Shown piece by piece: positions 29,566 to 39,308 of a stretch of 61,596 nucleotides of DNA. The DNA comes from Chloroflexota bacterium (GTDB lineage: Bacteria > Chloroflexota > Dehalococcoidia > Lucifugimonadales > UBA3495): assembly GCA_027624135.1 (NCBI GenBank), contig JAQBXL010000003.1, positions 1 through 61,596 of the forward strand, given 5' to 3'. Position 1 is the stretch's first letter. Each line of letters opens with the position of its first letter. The position numbers and the translations under genes were made by a program. Below the pieces are notes generated by a model. The model saw only the letters and a list, made by a program, of their open reading frames with translations, was not told where the DNA came from and did not search any database.

Positions 29566-30969
29566 TTACTCGGGAAGCAATTCTGCGGAAAGAAGCTGCG
29601 ACCAAGTCGTTCCACCGTCTCTCGAAACATGGACCGAGGCGTATGGCCCAGCCAAGAACACTGTGTCGGGGTCGTTTTGGCTCCAGACCAGGGCGGTTGG
29701 AACCCCCCTCTCGAATGAAATGAACCCCGGTGTGGCCGAGACGACTGACCACGTGTCCCCGCCGTCGTTGCTCTCCTGTATCGATTCTCCGTTGCTGCCC
29801 AACATATGCAGTCCGGCGGCATCGAAAGGATCGAACGCGAAGGCCGTCATTCTGGGGGACGGATGAAATGTTCGCCCGGAGTCGGACGACCAATATGATC
29901 TGTTGCTGGAGGCCGTGACGTAAAGGCGCGACTGGTTACGCGGGGATATCTCAAAACCGAGAAGGGCCTGTTCCCGGGGAGAGGGGTTCATCCCGTCCAC
30001 CGAACCGGTCCAAGTCTTTCCCCCGTCTTCTGACCTGATTAGCCCCAATTGGGTCGAGGCATCAAAATCACCGGCGCCTCCTCCCAGCACTGTGACTTTG
30101 GAGAAGGTTGCCGCGAATATCAGGTCTGGGTTGAGTGGATGGACGTGCAACGAAATAACCCGGACGTCCCTAGCCGCCAACGAGTTAAGTTCAGACCAGG
30201 TCTGACCTCCGTCCGTCGTCTTGTAGATGGACCCGACGTTATTGAAGTAGGTATCGGGAGCGCAGACCGGGGGCAGGTTAGAGCAGGAACCGCCGTTCAC
30301 ACCAGCATACATAACGTCGAAATTTCCAGGGTCAGCGGAGATTGTGTATACCGCCGTATTCATGTGTGGGCCGACTCTCTGATTCCACGATTCCGCTCCA
30401 TCGGCCGAGCAATAGACCCCGTTGTTTCCGGCGCTCGTGTTTTCGATGCTGACCGTGCCGGGTCCGCCGGCCATCGCGATACAGATGTGGCCTGATTCAT
30501 CCGGGTTGATAATCGTAGAATAGAACTCCTCATAACACGGGCCTGAGCCGTCGGAGCTGCCCCAGGCTTTCAACCCGGTTACCGCCTTCTGCCACGTATT
30601 CCCGCCGTCTGCGGTCTTGAAGAACCCCTCTTGCTCGACACCGATGTAGATCTTGTTGTCGTCCTTGGGGTCTACCGTTAATGACAGTTGCGTCCGTTGC
30701 GGGAAAGAATGTGGGGTGCAATCCAACGTTGGTTGCCGGCGGTCGGCCGGCCGGGTAGCGTCTGCACGCACAGATGTTGGCGGGCCGCTGGCGAGGGACG
30801 ACGGCGAGGGTTCAGCGGCGGACTCGATGGGGGTAGAGCCGAGATCCGCCAGTGTTTGAGTCGGTTGGACGAGGCTATCTTGGATGGGGCTTTCCGCTGC
30901 CGAGCTGCACCCAACGCAGAGCGCCACCAATAAAGCCAAGATTAGTCCGAATCCTATTCGTCTGCCCAT
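29566..30969 (-). CDS. secreted lipoprotein with BNR/Asp-box repeats (beta-propeller)
   Basis: signal peptide with lipobox CVGC, Pro/Ser linker, about 7 S/T.DGG.TW Asp-boxes. Confidence 0.85.
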   Translation of the reverse strand: MGRRIGFGLILALLVALCVGCSSAAESPIQDSLVQPTQTLADLGSTPIESAAEPSPSSLASGPPTSVRADATRPADRRQPTLDCTPHSFPQRTQLSLTVDPKDDNKIYIGVEQEGFFKTADGGNTWQKAVTGLKAWGSSDGSGPCYEEFYSTIINPDESGHICIAMAGGPGTVSIENTSAGNNGVYCSADGAESWNQRVGPHMNTAVYTISADPGNFDVMYAGVNGGSCSNLPPVCAPDTYFNNVGSIYKTTDGGQTWSELNSLAARDVRVISLHVHPLNPDLIFAATFSKVTVLGGGAGDFDASTQLGLIRSEDGGKTWTGSVDGMNPSPREQALLGFEISPRNQSRLYVTASSNRSYWSSDSGRTFHPSPRMTAFAFDPFDAAGLHMLGSNGESIQESNDGGDTWSVVSATPGFISFERGVPTALVWSQNDPDTVFLAGPYASVHVSRDGGTTWSQLLSAELLPE

Positions 30970-31131
30970 CTAGGAATCCTATATGCGGCGATTTGAAAAC
31001 ATCAAGCCGCCCTTGGGTAGGCGAGCCCAATGTCCATGTTTGTTGCCCAGACTACCCAACCGGCCCCGGGGCGGCTAGAATCACTAGTGCTTTGGCCGAA
31101 CACAATAGACTTGAATCAGGACGGTAACAAC

Positions 31132-32556
31132 ATGTCCACGCGCCCCAACGTGAGAATTGAACGGGACTCTATGGGTGAGATGGAAGTCCCAGCCGACGCC
31201 CTCTACGGCGCGTCAACCATGCGGGCGGTTCTAAACTTCCCCATCAGTGGCCTGCGCTTTCCCCGCACGTTCATCCGGGCACTGGGCCTGGTGAAGCAGG
31301 GCGCCGCCAAGACCAACATGTCGTTGGGGCTGTTGGACGAGAAGAACGGCAATGCCATCGTATCCGCCGCTCAAGAGGTTATTGATGGCTCGTTGGACGA
31401 GCATTTCGTGTTGGACATCTTTCAGACCGGCTCCGGCACATCCACCAACACCAACGCCAACGAGGTTATCGCCAACCGGGCCAGCCAGATACTAGGCGGA
31501 GACCTGGGCTCCAGGCTGGTTCACCCCAACGACCACGTGAACATGGGGCAGTCTTCCAACGACGTCATTCCCACCTCCATCCACCTGGCGGCCCTGCTGT
31601 CCATCAAAGAAGACCTGATCCCTTCCCTTGAATTCCTGGCCGTTGAATTGGGCAAGAAATCGGTCGAGTTCTGGCCCGTGGTCAAGACCGGCCGTACCCA
31701 TCTACAGGACGCCACGCCGGTCCGGCTGGGTCAAGAATTCAAGGGCTTTGCCGGTCAGGCGGAGTACAGCGTGCAGCGGCTGAAGCACGCCCAAGAGGCC
31801 CTGGCTGAGGTCGCCCTCGGCGGCACCGCAGTCGGCACCGGCGTGAACACCCACCAGGAGTTCTCAGCCCGTACTTGCCAGTCGGTTTCCGAGGTATCTG
31901 GGGTGTTGATCAAGGAAACGGGTAATCACTTCCAGGCCCAATCTTCTCTGGACGCCTTGGTCGAGACCAGCGGCGTGCTTAAGACCATCGCCATCAGCAT
32001 GCACAAGATCGCCAACGACATACGGTTCATTGCCTCCGGCCCCAGAGCAGGTCTGGGCGAAATAACCTTGCCAGAGGTCCAACCAGGCAGCTCGATAATG
32101 CCGGGCAAGATCAACCCGGTGATCTCCGAGTCGGTGATCCAGGTGGTGGCCCAAGTCGTGGGTAACGACGCCTCAGTGACCCTGGCGGGCCAGGGTGGCT
32201 ACTTCGAACTGAACACCATGATGCCGGTGGCGGCCCATAATATCTTGCAATCAATCTCCCTATTGGCAACTTCGGCCCACAACTTCGCGGAACAGTGCGT
32301 CAAGGGAATCACGGCTACCGGCGTTGGTCCGGACATGGTAGAGAAGGGACTGATGCTGGGGACGGCGTTGGCTCCGGCCATCGGCTACGACGCCGCAGCA
32401 GCCATCGCCAAAGAGGCTTCGGCTAAGGGCACGACCATCAGAGAGATGGCCAGGGAGAAGACGGAACTGTCCGACGCCGAGTTGGACGAGTTGCTAGACC
32501 TGGAACGCATGACTGAGCCGGGTATCGGGGCTGGTGGCCCCGCAGGCGGCGGCTGA
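31132..32556 (+). CDS. fumC: class II fumarate hydratase
   Basis: RIERDSMG, QTGSGTSTN, HPNDHVN, KTGRTHLQDA, GSSIMPGKINP. Confidence 0.95.
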   Translation: MSTRPNVRIERDSMGEMEVPADALYGASTMRAVLNFPISGLRFPRTFIRALGLVKQGAAKTNMSLGLLDEKNGNAIVSAAQEVIDGSLDEHFVLDIFQTGSGTSTNTNANEVIANRASQILGGDLGSRLVHPNDHVNMGQSSNDVIPTSIHLAALLSIKEDLIPSLEFLAVELGKKSVEFWPVVKTGRTHLQDATPVRLGQEFKGFAGQAEYSVQRLKHAQEALAEVALGGTAVGTGVNTHQEFSARTCQSVSEVSGVLIKETGNHFQAQSSLDALVETSGVLKTIAISMHKIANDIRFIASGPRAGLGEITLPEVQPGSSIMPGKINPVISESVIQVVAQVVGNDASVTLAGQGGYFELNTMMPVAAHNILQSISLLATSAHNFAEQCVKGITATGVGPDMVEKGLMLGTALAPAIGYDAAAAIAKEASAKGTTIREMAREKTELSDAELDELLDLERMTEPGIGAGGPAGGG

Positions 32557-32602
32557 TCGCCCCTCAGGCGGCGCCTGATTGTCGGCTATCGAGAAGCGGC
32601 GG

Positions 32603-33019
32603 TTAGTCCTTCGCCAGGTCTTCCTCGAACAACGGCAGGCCCTGTTCGGTGGCCCTCATGAGGCATTCGATGCAGCGCTGGGTCAGGGTATGGCCGGCGG
32701 CAGACCAGAGATTCTCTCCGCGCAACCCGCAGAGATAATCAGGCTCGACGTTTTCGATGCCGGTGGCCTCTAAATAATGTACGTACCCGTTCTTGCTTTC
32801 GTTCGGCCACCACCAGCGAGTGATGCTGCTATTTAGTTCGTCCAGATAGGTCTTAAATGGGTCTTGCCACTCGCCTTCGGGCATGACCACCAACCAACGG
32901 CCATGCTCCGAATCCGGGTCGCGTTCGGCTTTGAGTTCGCCGCTTGCGATGTGTTTCCGGACATCGCGCTGGGAGATGTTCAGTTTGCGGGAAGCATCTT
33001 GAATGCTCAGTTTTTCCAC
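32603..33019 (-). CDS. hypothetical protein: excisionase/MerR-like HTH plus putative Zn-binding C-domain
   Basis: LSIQDASRKLNISQRDVRKHIASGELKA..GRWLV; VH...LCG...RCIEC. Confidence 0.7.
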   Translation of the reverse strand: MEKLSIQDASRKLNISQRDVRKHIASGELKAERDPDSEHGRWLVVMPEGEWQDPFKTYLDELNSSITRWWWPNESKNGYVHYLEATGIENVEPDYLCGLRGENLWSAAGHTLTQRCIECLMRATEQGLPLFEEDLAKD

Positions 33020-33092
33020 GATGACTCCGTATCAACTCCCCCGGCCGCCTCTTGAAGGAATTGTGGCCGAGCCGAGGCAAATCTTATATCCG

Positions 33093-34802
33093 TTATGTAC
33101 CTATTGTAGTGGATATGGCGGGGTCTTCCAAAGTGTCGGCCAGCGAACCACCCGGCGGGACCATGGGATAGACGTTGGTGGTTGAGTCTACCACGAACTC
33201 GATCAGGAACGGACCGTCGTGGGCCTGGGCTTGCCGCATGGCGGGCAGCACATCCTCTGCGTTCGACACTCTGACCGCACCCACACCGTAGGCATCAGCC
33301 AACTTGATAAAGTCTGGGCCGGGCACTGGCACCGCCTTCAGATGGCCGTTGAAGTACATGTCTTGCCACTGGCGAACCATGCCCAGATGGCCATTGTTGA
33401 TCAAGACGATCTTCACCGGCAGCTTCTCTTCCGACAGTGTCACCAACTCCTGAAGGGTCATTTGGAACCCGCCGTCTCCTGCGACGACCCAGACCGGAGT
33501 CCCGGGCTTGCCCACCTGGACTCCCATCGCCGCTGGCAATTCGAAGCCCATGGCGCCGAGGCCGCCCGAGGAGACGAAAGAGTCGGCTTTCTTGAATGAA
33601 AGGAACTGGGCGGCCCACATCTGATGCTGGCCCACTCCGGTGACCACGATAGTCTCGGGGTCTTCTTGAATCACCGTATTCAGGGTGCTGATGACCTGTT
33701 GGGGCTGCAGCTTGTCGCTGGGTGGGATAGCAAGCGAGGGATGATTCCGCTTGAGGTTCTCGATGAACTGCATCCAGTCGGGATGGGGGGTGTGTCGCAC
33801 CATGGGCGTCAGCTTGCTCAAGAGGGCCTTGGCATCTCCGACCACCGGAACTTCCACCGGTACATTACGGCCGATCTGGGAGGCGTCGATGTCCATGTGG
33901 ATGATCCTTGCGTGGGGGGCGAAGGTGTCCACTTTGCCGGTCACCCGGTCGTCGAACCGCATACCCACTCCGACGATAACGTCGGCCTGGTCCACTGCTA
34001 TGTTGGCCCAGTACATGCCGTGCATCCCCAGCATGCCCATGCTCAGGGGGTGGCCGGAGGGAAAGCCGCCCAATCCCAGCAATGTGGTGATCACTGGGAT
34101 GCCGGTCTGCTCGGCCAATGCTCTAAGTTCCTGATTGGCCCCCGATGTCATGATGCCGTGGCCGCTGATGATTACTGGCCGTTCGGCTTCATTGATCAAT
34201 CTGGCCGCGTCTTTCAACCGGTCGAGGGCCTCTTCACTGACCTCTGGAACCGGGACTGGAATGACCTGGGGGAACACGGCATCGGTCAGTTCAAGCTGCA
34301 CGTCTCTGGGAACGTCAATCAGCACCGGGCCCGGCCGGCCCTCTTGGGCGACGTAGAAGGCTTCCCGGATCGTGTCTGCCAGGTCGGCTGGGTTCATAAC
34401 CATGAACGTCGTCTTGGTACAGGACGCGGCGATGGAACAGATATCGCACTCTTGGAAGGCCTCTGTACCAAGGGAGGCCCTGGAGACCTGGCCGGTGATG
34501 GCGACCATCGGCACCGAGTCGGCTTTGGCCCCCATGATGCCTGTGACCAGGTTGGTAGCGCCGGGTCCGGAAGTGGCAACACAGACGCCAACCTTGCCTG
34601 TGACTCTGGAATAGCCATCGGCGGCGTGGGCCGCGGCCTGTTCGTGGCGCACCAAGATGTGGCGCAATTGAGGATAGGACCAGAGAGCGTCGTAGAAGGG
34701 AAGAATCGCCCCGCCGGGATGACCGAAGATAACTTCGACCCCCTCCCTCAGCAGGCTTTCGCACATGATTTCCGCGCCCTTGAGTTTTATTAACTCGGCC
34801 AT
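33093..34802 (-). CDS. ilvB: acetolactate synthase large subunit
   Basis: FGHPGGAILP, RHEQAAAHAADGY, TSGPGATN, GMHG, GQHQMW, GDGGFQM, LGMVRQWQ; ATG after GGAGG. Confidence 0.96.
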   Translation of the reverse strand: MAELIKLKGAEIMCESLLREGVEVIFGHPGGAILPFYDALWSYPQLRHILVRHEQAAAHAADGYSRVTGKVGVCVATSGPGATNLVTGIMGAKADSVPMVAITGQVSRASLGTEAFQECDICSIAASCTKTTFMVMNPADLADTIREAFYVAQEGRPGPVLIDVPRDVQLELTDAVFPQVIPVPVPEVSEEALDRLKDAARLINEAERPVIISGHGIMTSGANQELRALAEQTGIPVITTLLGLGGFPSGHPLSMGMLGMHGMYWANIAVDQADVIVGVGMRFDDRVTGKVDTFAPHARIIHMDIDASQIGRNVPVEVPVVGDAKALLSKLTPMVRHTPHPDWMQFIENLKRNHPSLAIPPSDKLQPQQVISTLNTVIQEDPETIVVTGVGQHQMWAAQFLSFKKADSFVSSGGLGAMGFELPAAMGVQVGKPGTPVWVVAGDGGFQMTLQELVTLSEEKLPVKIVLINNGHLGMVRQWQDMYFNGHLKAVPVPGPDFIKLADAYGVGAVRVSNAEDVLPAMRQAQAHDGPFLIEFVVDSTTNVYPMVPPGGSLADTLEDPAISTTIGT

Positions 34803-34867
34803 AGCAGCCTCCAACACTGATAGAACTTTCCCCTGCAGAGAAAGGATCTGGGAGATCTGCCATCGGG

Positions 34868-35150
34868 CATAAAAAAAGCCCCATCCCACATAGGGACGGG
34901 ACGTCATATTCCCGCGGTACCACCCTAATAATCCCGCAATTGCGGGACCTCTCTAGCAGGACACCAACATGTCCCGTCGTTCTTAACGGGGGTACGAACC
35001 CCGGCCCGGTCTACTGGCCCTCTTTCATCATCAGAGGGTTTTCAACTGGCGGCTCCGGAGGGATTTTCAGTCAGCTTCGGCGCGCCTGCTTTCACCATAC
35101 CAGGCTCGCTAGGCGCCTACCCCTGCTTACTCGTCTCCATCACAGCCTTT
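34868..35150 (-). promoter_or_regulatory. T-box riboswitch with terminator; probable Ile (AUC) specifier
   Basis: minus strand: GATGGAGACGAGTA, AGCGAG, GGTGAA, GAAA-ATC-C-CTCC; T-box TTAGGGTGGTACCGCGGG...CCCGTCCCT; terminator ending GGGATGGGGCTTTTTTT. Confidence 0.9.
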
Positions 35151-35158
35151 AATATAGA

Positions 35159-35214
35159 AGATTAACAAACACGTCTTGCAGTGTCAATACAATTGTTTTG
35201 ACACTGCAAGACGT
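35159..35214 (-). promoter_or_regulatory. promoter of the ilvB leader overlapping a 44-bp near-perfect palindrome
   Basis: minus strand TTGACA-17nt-TAATCT (35187-35159); palindrome at 35171-35214. Confidence 0.6.
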
Positions 35215-35308
35215 CCGGTTAAGCGAAAAACGTTGACGCAACAGGCATCGATTACGGTCCAACGTTACGTGTAAGTTAGCCTCCGCCCTATGATAGTATG
35301 ACTATTAT

Positions 35309-36160
35309 ATGGAGCGACTTTTATACGGCAAGCAAACTAAGAATCTGTCAGTTCGGCAGGCAAGAAAACAAGCCAAAGAACGGGTCGTAACGCAGACCCG
35401 GAAGTCGGTTGGCCTTTCGCGGGGCCTGCATCAAGGCCTGCAAAAAAGGTTGTATCAAGGTCTGTATCAAGGCTCCCAGATCCAGGCACATGACGCTATC
35501 GCCGCTCCAGAGACGGCATCTGTCGCGCCACTTGCTACGGACGTCATCCGTCCTAGCCCAGTAGCAATACCCACTACTGAAACTAAGATTCGCAAGGTTG
35601 CCCTTCTCTCCGGAGAGACGGTGACTCACACCTTCTACCCTGAAGAGGGATTGGCTTCCCAGCCTAGGGATCAGGGCCTCATGCTGGTGCTGACCAACCA
35701 GAGAGTCATCTCATTCGGGAGTCGAGACGGCAGGAGAGAGACGGTTCTGATGCCGGTGGAGGAGGTGAAGGTCGTAGCGGTTCAATCGGGTCTTCGCAGC
35801 AAGGTCATGTTGTTTCAGGGTGGGCTGACCGTGCTGGCCGGCGTTGTCATCTATTTAGTCCTGATGTACTGGCTGGAGGGCAAGTTTGAAGATCCGGACA
35901 TCCCCTTGATCCGCATGGGCCTGGTGGCATTTCTGGTCTTCCTGGCGATCCTGGCAGGCGTCGGTATGATCTCCCAGTTCTATTTCAGTAAACCCGACGG
36001 AGAGGTGGCGTTCCAAGGGGACGGTGTGAAGCTTGTCTTCCCGTTCAGGGGGGAGGCTGCTGAGAACGATATCTATCAGGTCGTGAATTCGACCTTCGCC
36101 GCTCGCCAGTCAGTTAACGGAAATTCTGCCATCGAATATTCCAGACAGGGTGTGACCTAG
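35309..36160 (+). CDS. hypothetical membrane protein (PH-like domain with two TM helices)
   Basis: LMLVLTNQRVISF PH-like motif, two hydrophobic segments; start uncertain, N-terminus contains 12-bp repeats. Confidence 0.6.
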   Translation: MERLLYGKQTKNLSVRQARKQAKERVVTQTRKSVGLSRGLHQGLQKRLYQGLYQGSQIQAHDAIAAPETASVAPLATDVIRPSPVAIPTTETKIRKVALLSGETVTHTFYPEEGLASQPRDQGLMLVLTNQRVISFGSRDGRRETVLMPVEEVKVVAVQSGLRSKVMLFQGGLTVLAGVVIYLVLMYWLEGKFEDPDIPLIRMGLVAFLVFLAILAGVGMISQFYFSKPDGEVAFQGDGVKLVFPFRGEAAENDIYQVVNSTFAARQSVNGNSAIEYSRQGVT

Positions 36161-36202
36161 CCGCTCCCGATTTTGACCTACCGGATATCAACCTACCCGA
36201 TA

Positions 36203-37231
36203 TTAACCTAAGAGAAGACCGGGATCTACGTCGATGTCCAAGGGCGTCTGCTCGCCCCGTAGGTATTGGAAGTAGCCGCAGGTGGCAATCATTGCGCCGT
36301 TGTCGGTGCATAGTATCGGCGGTGGAATGATGACCGGAAAAGGCGAGCGACGGACGATCTCCTCACGCAGCCTGGAATTGGCCGTTACGCCTCCACCCAA
36401 CACCAGCCCCTTGACCCGGTACTTGGCCGCCATCTCCACGAGCTTTGAAGAGATGACATCAACCACCGACTCCTGGAACGCCGCTGCCAGCTCGCGAATC
36501 AACCGCTCCTGGTCCACTCCGTCTTCTGGAGCAGGATAGATGCCCCGGTCTTGCGCCAGATGTAGCAAGGCGGTCTTCAACCCGCTGAAGCTGAAGTCCA
36601 AAGTATCTTTCATCCAGGCTCTGGGAAGGGTCTCCTCGCCAGTGGCGCCCTTAGACACACGCTGAATCTCGGGACCCCCGGGGAATCCCAGCCCAAGTAT
36701 GCGGGCGGCTTTGTCGAAGGCTTCGCCTGCGGCGTCGTCCCGGCTGCGCCCAACCAGCTTGTAACTTCCGTGTCCCTCCATCAGCAGGAGGTCCGTGTGG
36801 CCGCCGGACGCGACCAGGCAAGCCAGCGGAAAACCTGGGTCGCTTGCCAAGTCACCCTGGCCCAGCCAGGAGGCGTAGATATGTCCCTCCAGGTGGTTCA
36901 CGCCGATCAAGGGGATACCCAACGAATAGGCGATGGCTTTGGCGGCGTTGACCCCTGTGATCAACGACCCGGCCAAGCCCGGCCCGAACGTTACGGCAAT
37001 GGCGTCCATCTCTTCGAGTCCGACACCTGCGTTGGCCGATGCCTGTTCCAGAACCGGAACAAGGTCGCGCACGTGCTGCCGGGACGCAATCTCTGGCACC
37101 ACGCCGCCGTACTTGGAATGGAGGTGTGCTTGGGATGAGATGACGTTGGAAAGGAGGGTGCGGCCATCTTCGACCACTCCCGCCGCAGTCTCGTCACACG
37201 ATGTCTCGATGCCCAATATCTTTATCGCCAT
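36203..37231 (-). CDS. tsaD: tRNA N6-adenosine threonylcarbamoyltransferase
   Basis: LGIETSCDET, GGVVPEIASRQH, GPGL, HLEGH, SGGHT, DDAAGEAFDK, SFSGLKT, TDNGAMI. Confidence 0.97.
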   Translation of the reverse strand: MAIKILGIETSCDETAAGVVEDGRTLLSNVISSQAHLHSKYGGVVPEIASRQHVRDLVPVLEQASANAGVGLEEMDAIAVTFGPGLAGSLITGVNAAKAIAYSLGIPLIGVNHLEGHIYASWLGQGDLASDPGFPLACLVASGGHTDLLLMEGHGSYKLVGRSRDDAAGEAFDKAARILGLGFPGGPEIQRVSKGATGEETLPRAWMKDTLDFSFSGLKTALLHLAQDRGIYPAPEDGVDQERLIRELAAAFQESVVDVISSKLVEMAAKYRVKGLVLGGGVTANSRLREEIVRRSPFPVIIPPPILCTDNGAMIATCGYFQYLRGEQTPLDIDVDPGLLLG

Positions 37232-37392
37232 TGGTTCAGAGCGTATTCCACGTATCGAGTGTCAGAAATGCCTGTCTTCGTTCAACTTTACACTAATTTA
37301 AGCCCGATGCTATCATCTTAAACGAGCGGGGTAAGCAGGTCCGATATTGCCAAGGGGCAACTTTTCGAGACCTTTGGAGGTGGCTTCCATCT

Positions 37393-38682
37393 ATGGATGC
37401 CGGTGATTCATGGCGATTAGCATTATTGATCATTTGTTTAGTTCTATCAGGGTTATTTTCCGCCTCTGAAACTGCATTTATCGCCCTCCCCAGGGCGCGC
37501 CTCATGCATCTGGTCCGTATCGGCCGTCCCGGCGCAGACCGGGTTTCCCACATCATCCAACGCCCAGAGCGTTTCCTGGCCACCGTGTTGTTGGGCAATA
37601 ACTTGGTGAACACCGCTGCAGCAGCCATAGCCACGGTGTTGGCTCTGAACCTGATCTCCAACGGGTCTCTGGCGGTATTGGCTGCCACCGCCGGAGTGAC
37701 TACGTTTCTCCTGTTGTTCGGCGAGACGCTGCCCAAGAACGTGGCCTGGCGTAGATCTGAGCGTGTTGCCTTTGCCGTTTCCCGGCCGGTTCGGCTGGTG
37801 GAGTTGGTTCTTTCTCCCGTAGTGAGCCTGCTTCAGCTATTTAGTACCGTCACCAACCGGATCCTCGGCATCTCGACCGCCGACCCTCACATGGGAGAAG
37901 AAGAGATCCGTGCGATGATCGCTGCTGGCGCCCAGACCGGCACCGTGGCAGCAGGGGAAGCTGAACTCTTGGAAAAGGTGTTCCGCTTTGGCGACCACCA
38001 GATGCGGGAGATCATGACTCCCCGCCCGGAGATTGCCTGGATCGAGCAGGGCATGAACCTGGATGCATTCCTAGCGATCTACTCCCAGAATCCTCACACC
38101 CGGTTTCCCGTGTACGATGAGTCCATGGATAACGTGGTCGGCGTCCTTTCGGTGAAAGACATCCTGGCGGGAATGCCCAGACCCGGAGATGAATCTGAAT
38201 TCGATGTGACGGTACAGAGCAGACCTGCTTTTTTCGTTCCGGAAACTAAGAGCGTCAGCGAAACTTTCAATGAGATGCAGGAAGGTGGCCACAGCATGGT
38301 GCTCACTGTTGACGAGTATGGCGGAATCGCCGGGTTGGCGACGCTGAAACAGATGGTGTCGGTGATCGTCGGCCAGATCGGAGATGAAGGCTCAGCCCCA
38401 GAAAGGTTGGTGACCGACCTGGGTGGCGACAACTTCTTGGCCGACGCGGGAGCGGCCATCTCCGACATTAACGAGGAACTTTCTCTGGGCATTCCCGAGG
38501 GAGAATATCAGACCCTGGCCGGGTTCATACTGGACCGGCTCGGCAGCATCCCCGAGCCTGGGGACATCATGGAATTTGGAGACCTGCGAATCACCATCAA
38601 AACCATGGAAGGCGTGCGAATCGAGAAAGTGGAATTGAGGCGCAATAACCCCAGCTCCGGACGGACCGGTGCTGGCCAGTGA
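37393..38682 (+). CDS. HlyC/CorC-family (CNNM-CBS-CorC) transporter
   Basis: FSASETA, LLGNNLVN, FGETLPK, MTPR, TRFPVY, VDEYGG, TLAGF. Confidence 0.92.
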   Translation: MDAGDSWRLALLIICLVLSGLFSASETAFIALPRARLMHLVRIGRPGADRVSHIIQRPERFLATVLLGNNLVNTAAAAIATVLALNLISNGSLAVLAATAGVTTFLLLFGETLPKNVAWRRSERVAFAVSRPVRLVELVLSPVVSLLQLFSTVTNRILGISTADPHMGEEEIRAMIAAGAQTGTVAAGEAELLEKVFRFGDHQMREIMTPRPEIAWIEQGMNLDAFLAIYSQNPHTRFPVYDESMDNVVGVLSVKDILAGMPRPGDESEFDVTVQSRPAFFVPETKSVSETFNEMQEGGHSMVLTVDEYGGIAGLATLKQMVSVIVGQIGDEGSAPERLVTDLGGDNFLADAGAAISDINEELSLGIPEGEYQTLAGFILDRLGSIPEPGDIMEFGDLRITIKTMEGVRIEKVELRRNNPSSGRTGAGQ

Positions 38683-39296
38683 AGTTCTTTCTAGTGCGCC
38701 ACGGCGAGACCGAGTGGAATAAGCTGGGCAGATTTCAGGGACACGAGGACATCAAGCTTAACGAGCGAGGTCTGGCCCAAGCAAGGGAGACGGCTCAAAC
38801 CGCCGCCGGATGGGGCCACTCTGCCATCTACGCCAGCCCATTGACCCGGACGATGCAGGTTGCCGAGGAGATGGCCAAGGTGACTCAGGTGCCAGTGTGG
38901 CAGCGTCCGGGACTGAAAGAGCTTGGCCTGGGCGACCTAGAAGGTGTCACCGGAGAGGAGATGCGCCTGAATTTCCCAGAGGTGTTTTCGACCTGGCGTT
39001 CGAGCCCGGAAAAGGTTTTTATGCCCAACGGGGAGTCATTGCTGCAACTCCGCGACCGGTCCTGGCAGAGCATCTTGGACATTGAAGATGAGCACTCTCA
39101 GGTCGACTCGGTTGTCGTCATATCCCATAACTTTGCCATCCGCACCATCGTCGGCGAGCTTCTGGGAGTGCCCCTGGAGAACTTCCACCGTATGTCCTTG
39201 AGTCTGGCTTCAGTATGCACCTTCGAGAGTGATGACCGTGGTCGGCGGCTCACCTCGTATAACAACACTGGCCACTTGTCTCCCGAAAACCGGTAG
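38679..39296 (+). CDS. histidine phosphatase family protein
   Basis: LVRHGETEWN, SPLTR, E..LGDLEG, PNGES, VISH. Confidence 0.93.
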   Translation: MKFFLVRHGETEWNKLGRFQGHEDIKLNERGLAQARETAQTAAGWGHSAIYASPLTRTMQVAEEMAKVTQVPVWQRPGLKELGLGDLEGVTGEEMRLNFPEVFSTWRSSPEKVFMPNGESLLQLRDRSWQSILDIEDEHSQVDSVVVISHNFAIRTIVGELLGVPLENFHRMSLSLASVCTFESDDRGRRLTSYNNTGHLSPENR

Positions 39297-39308
39297 CCGG
39301 ACTCCCCC

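Noticed and set aside
29432-29893. 153-aa minus-strand ORF
   Set aside because: Overlaps the lipoprotein gene in another frame and ends in translated REP sequence (LDSGFRRND).
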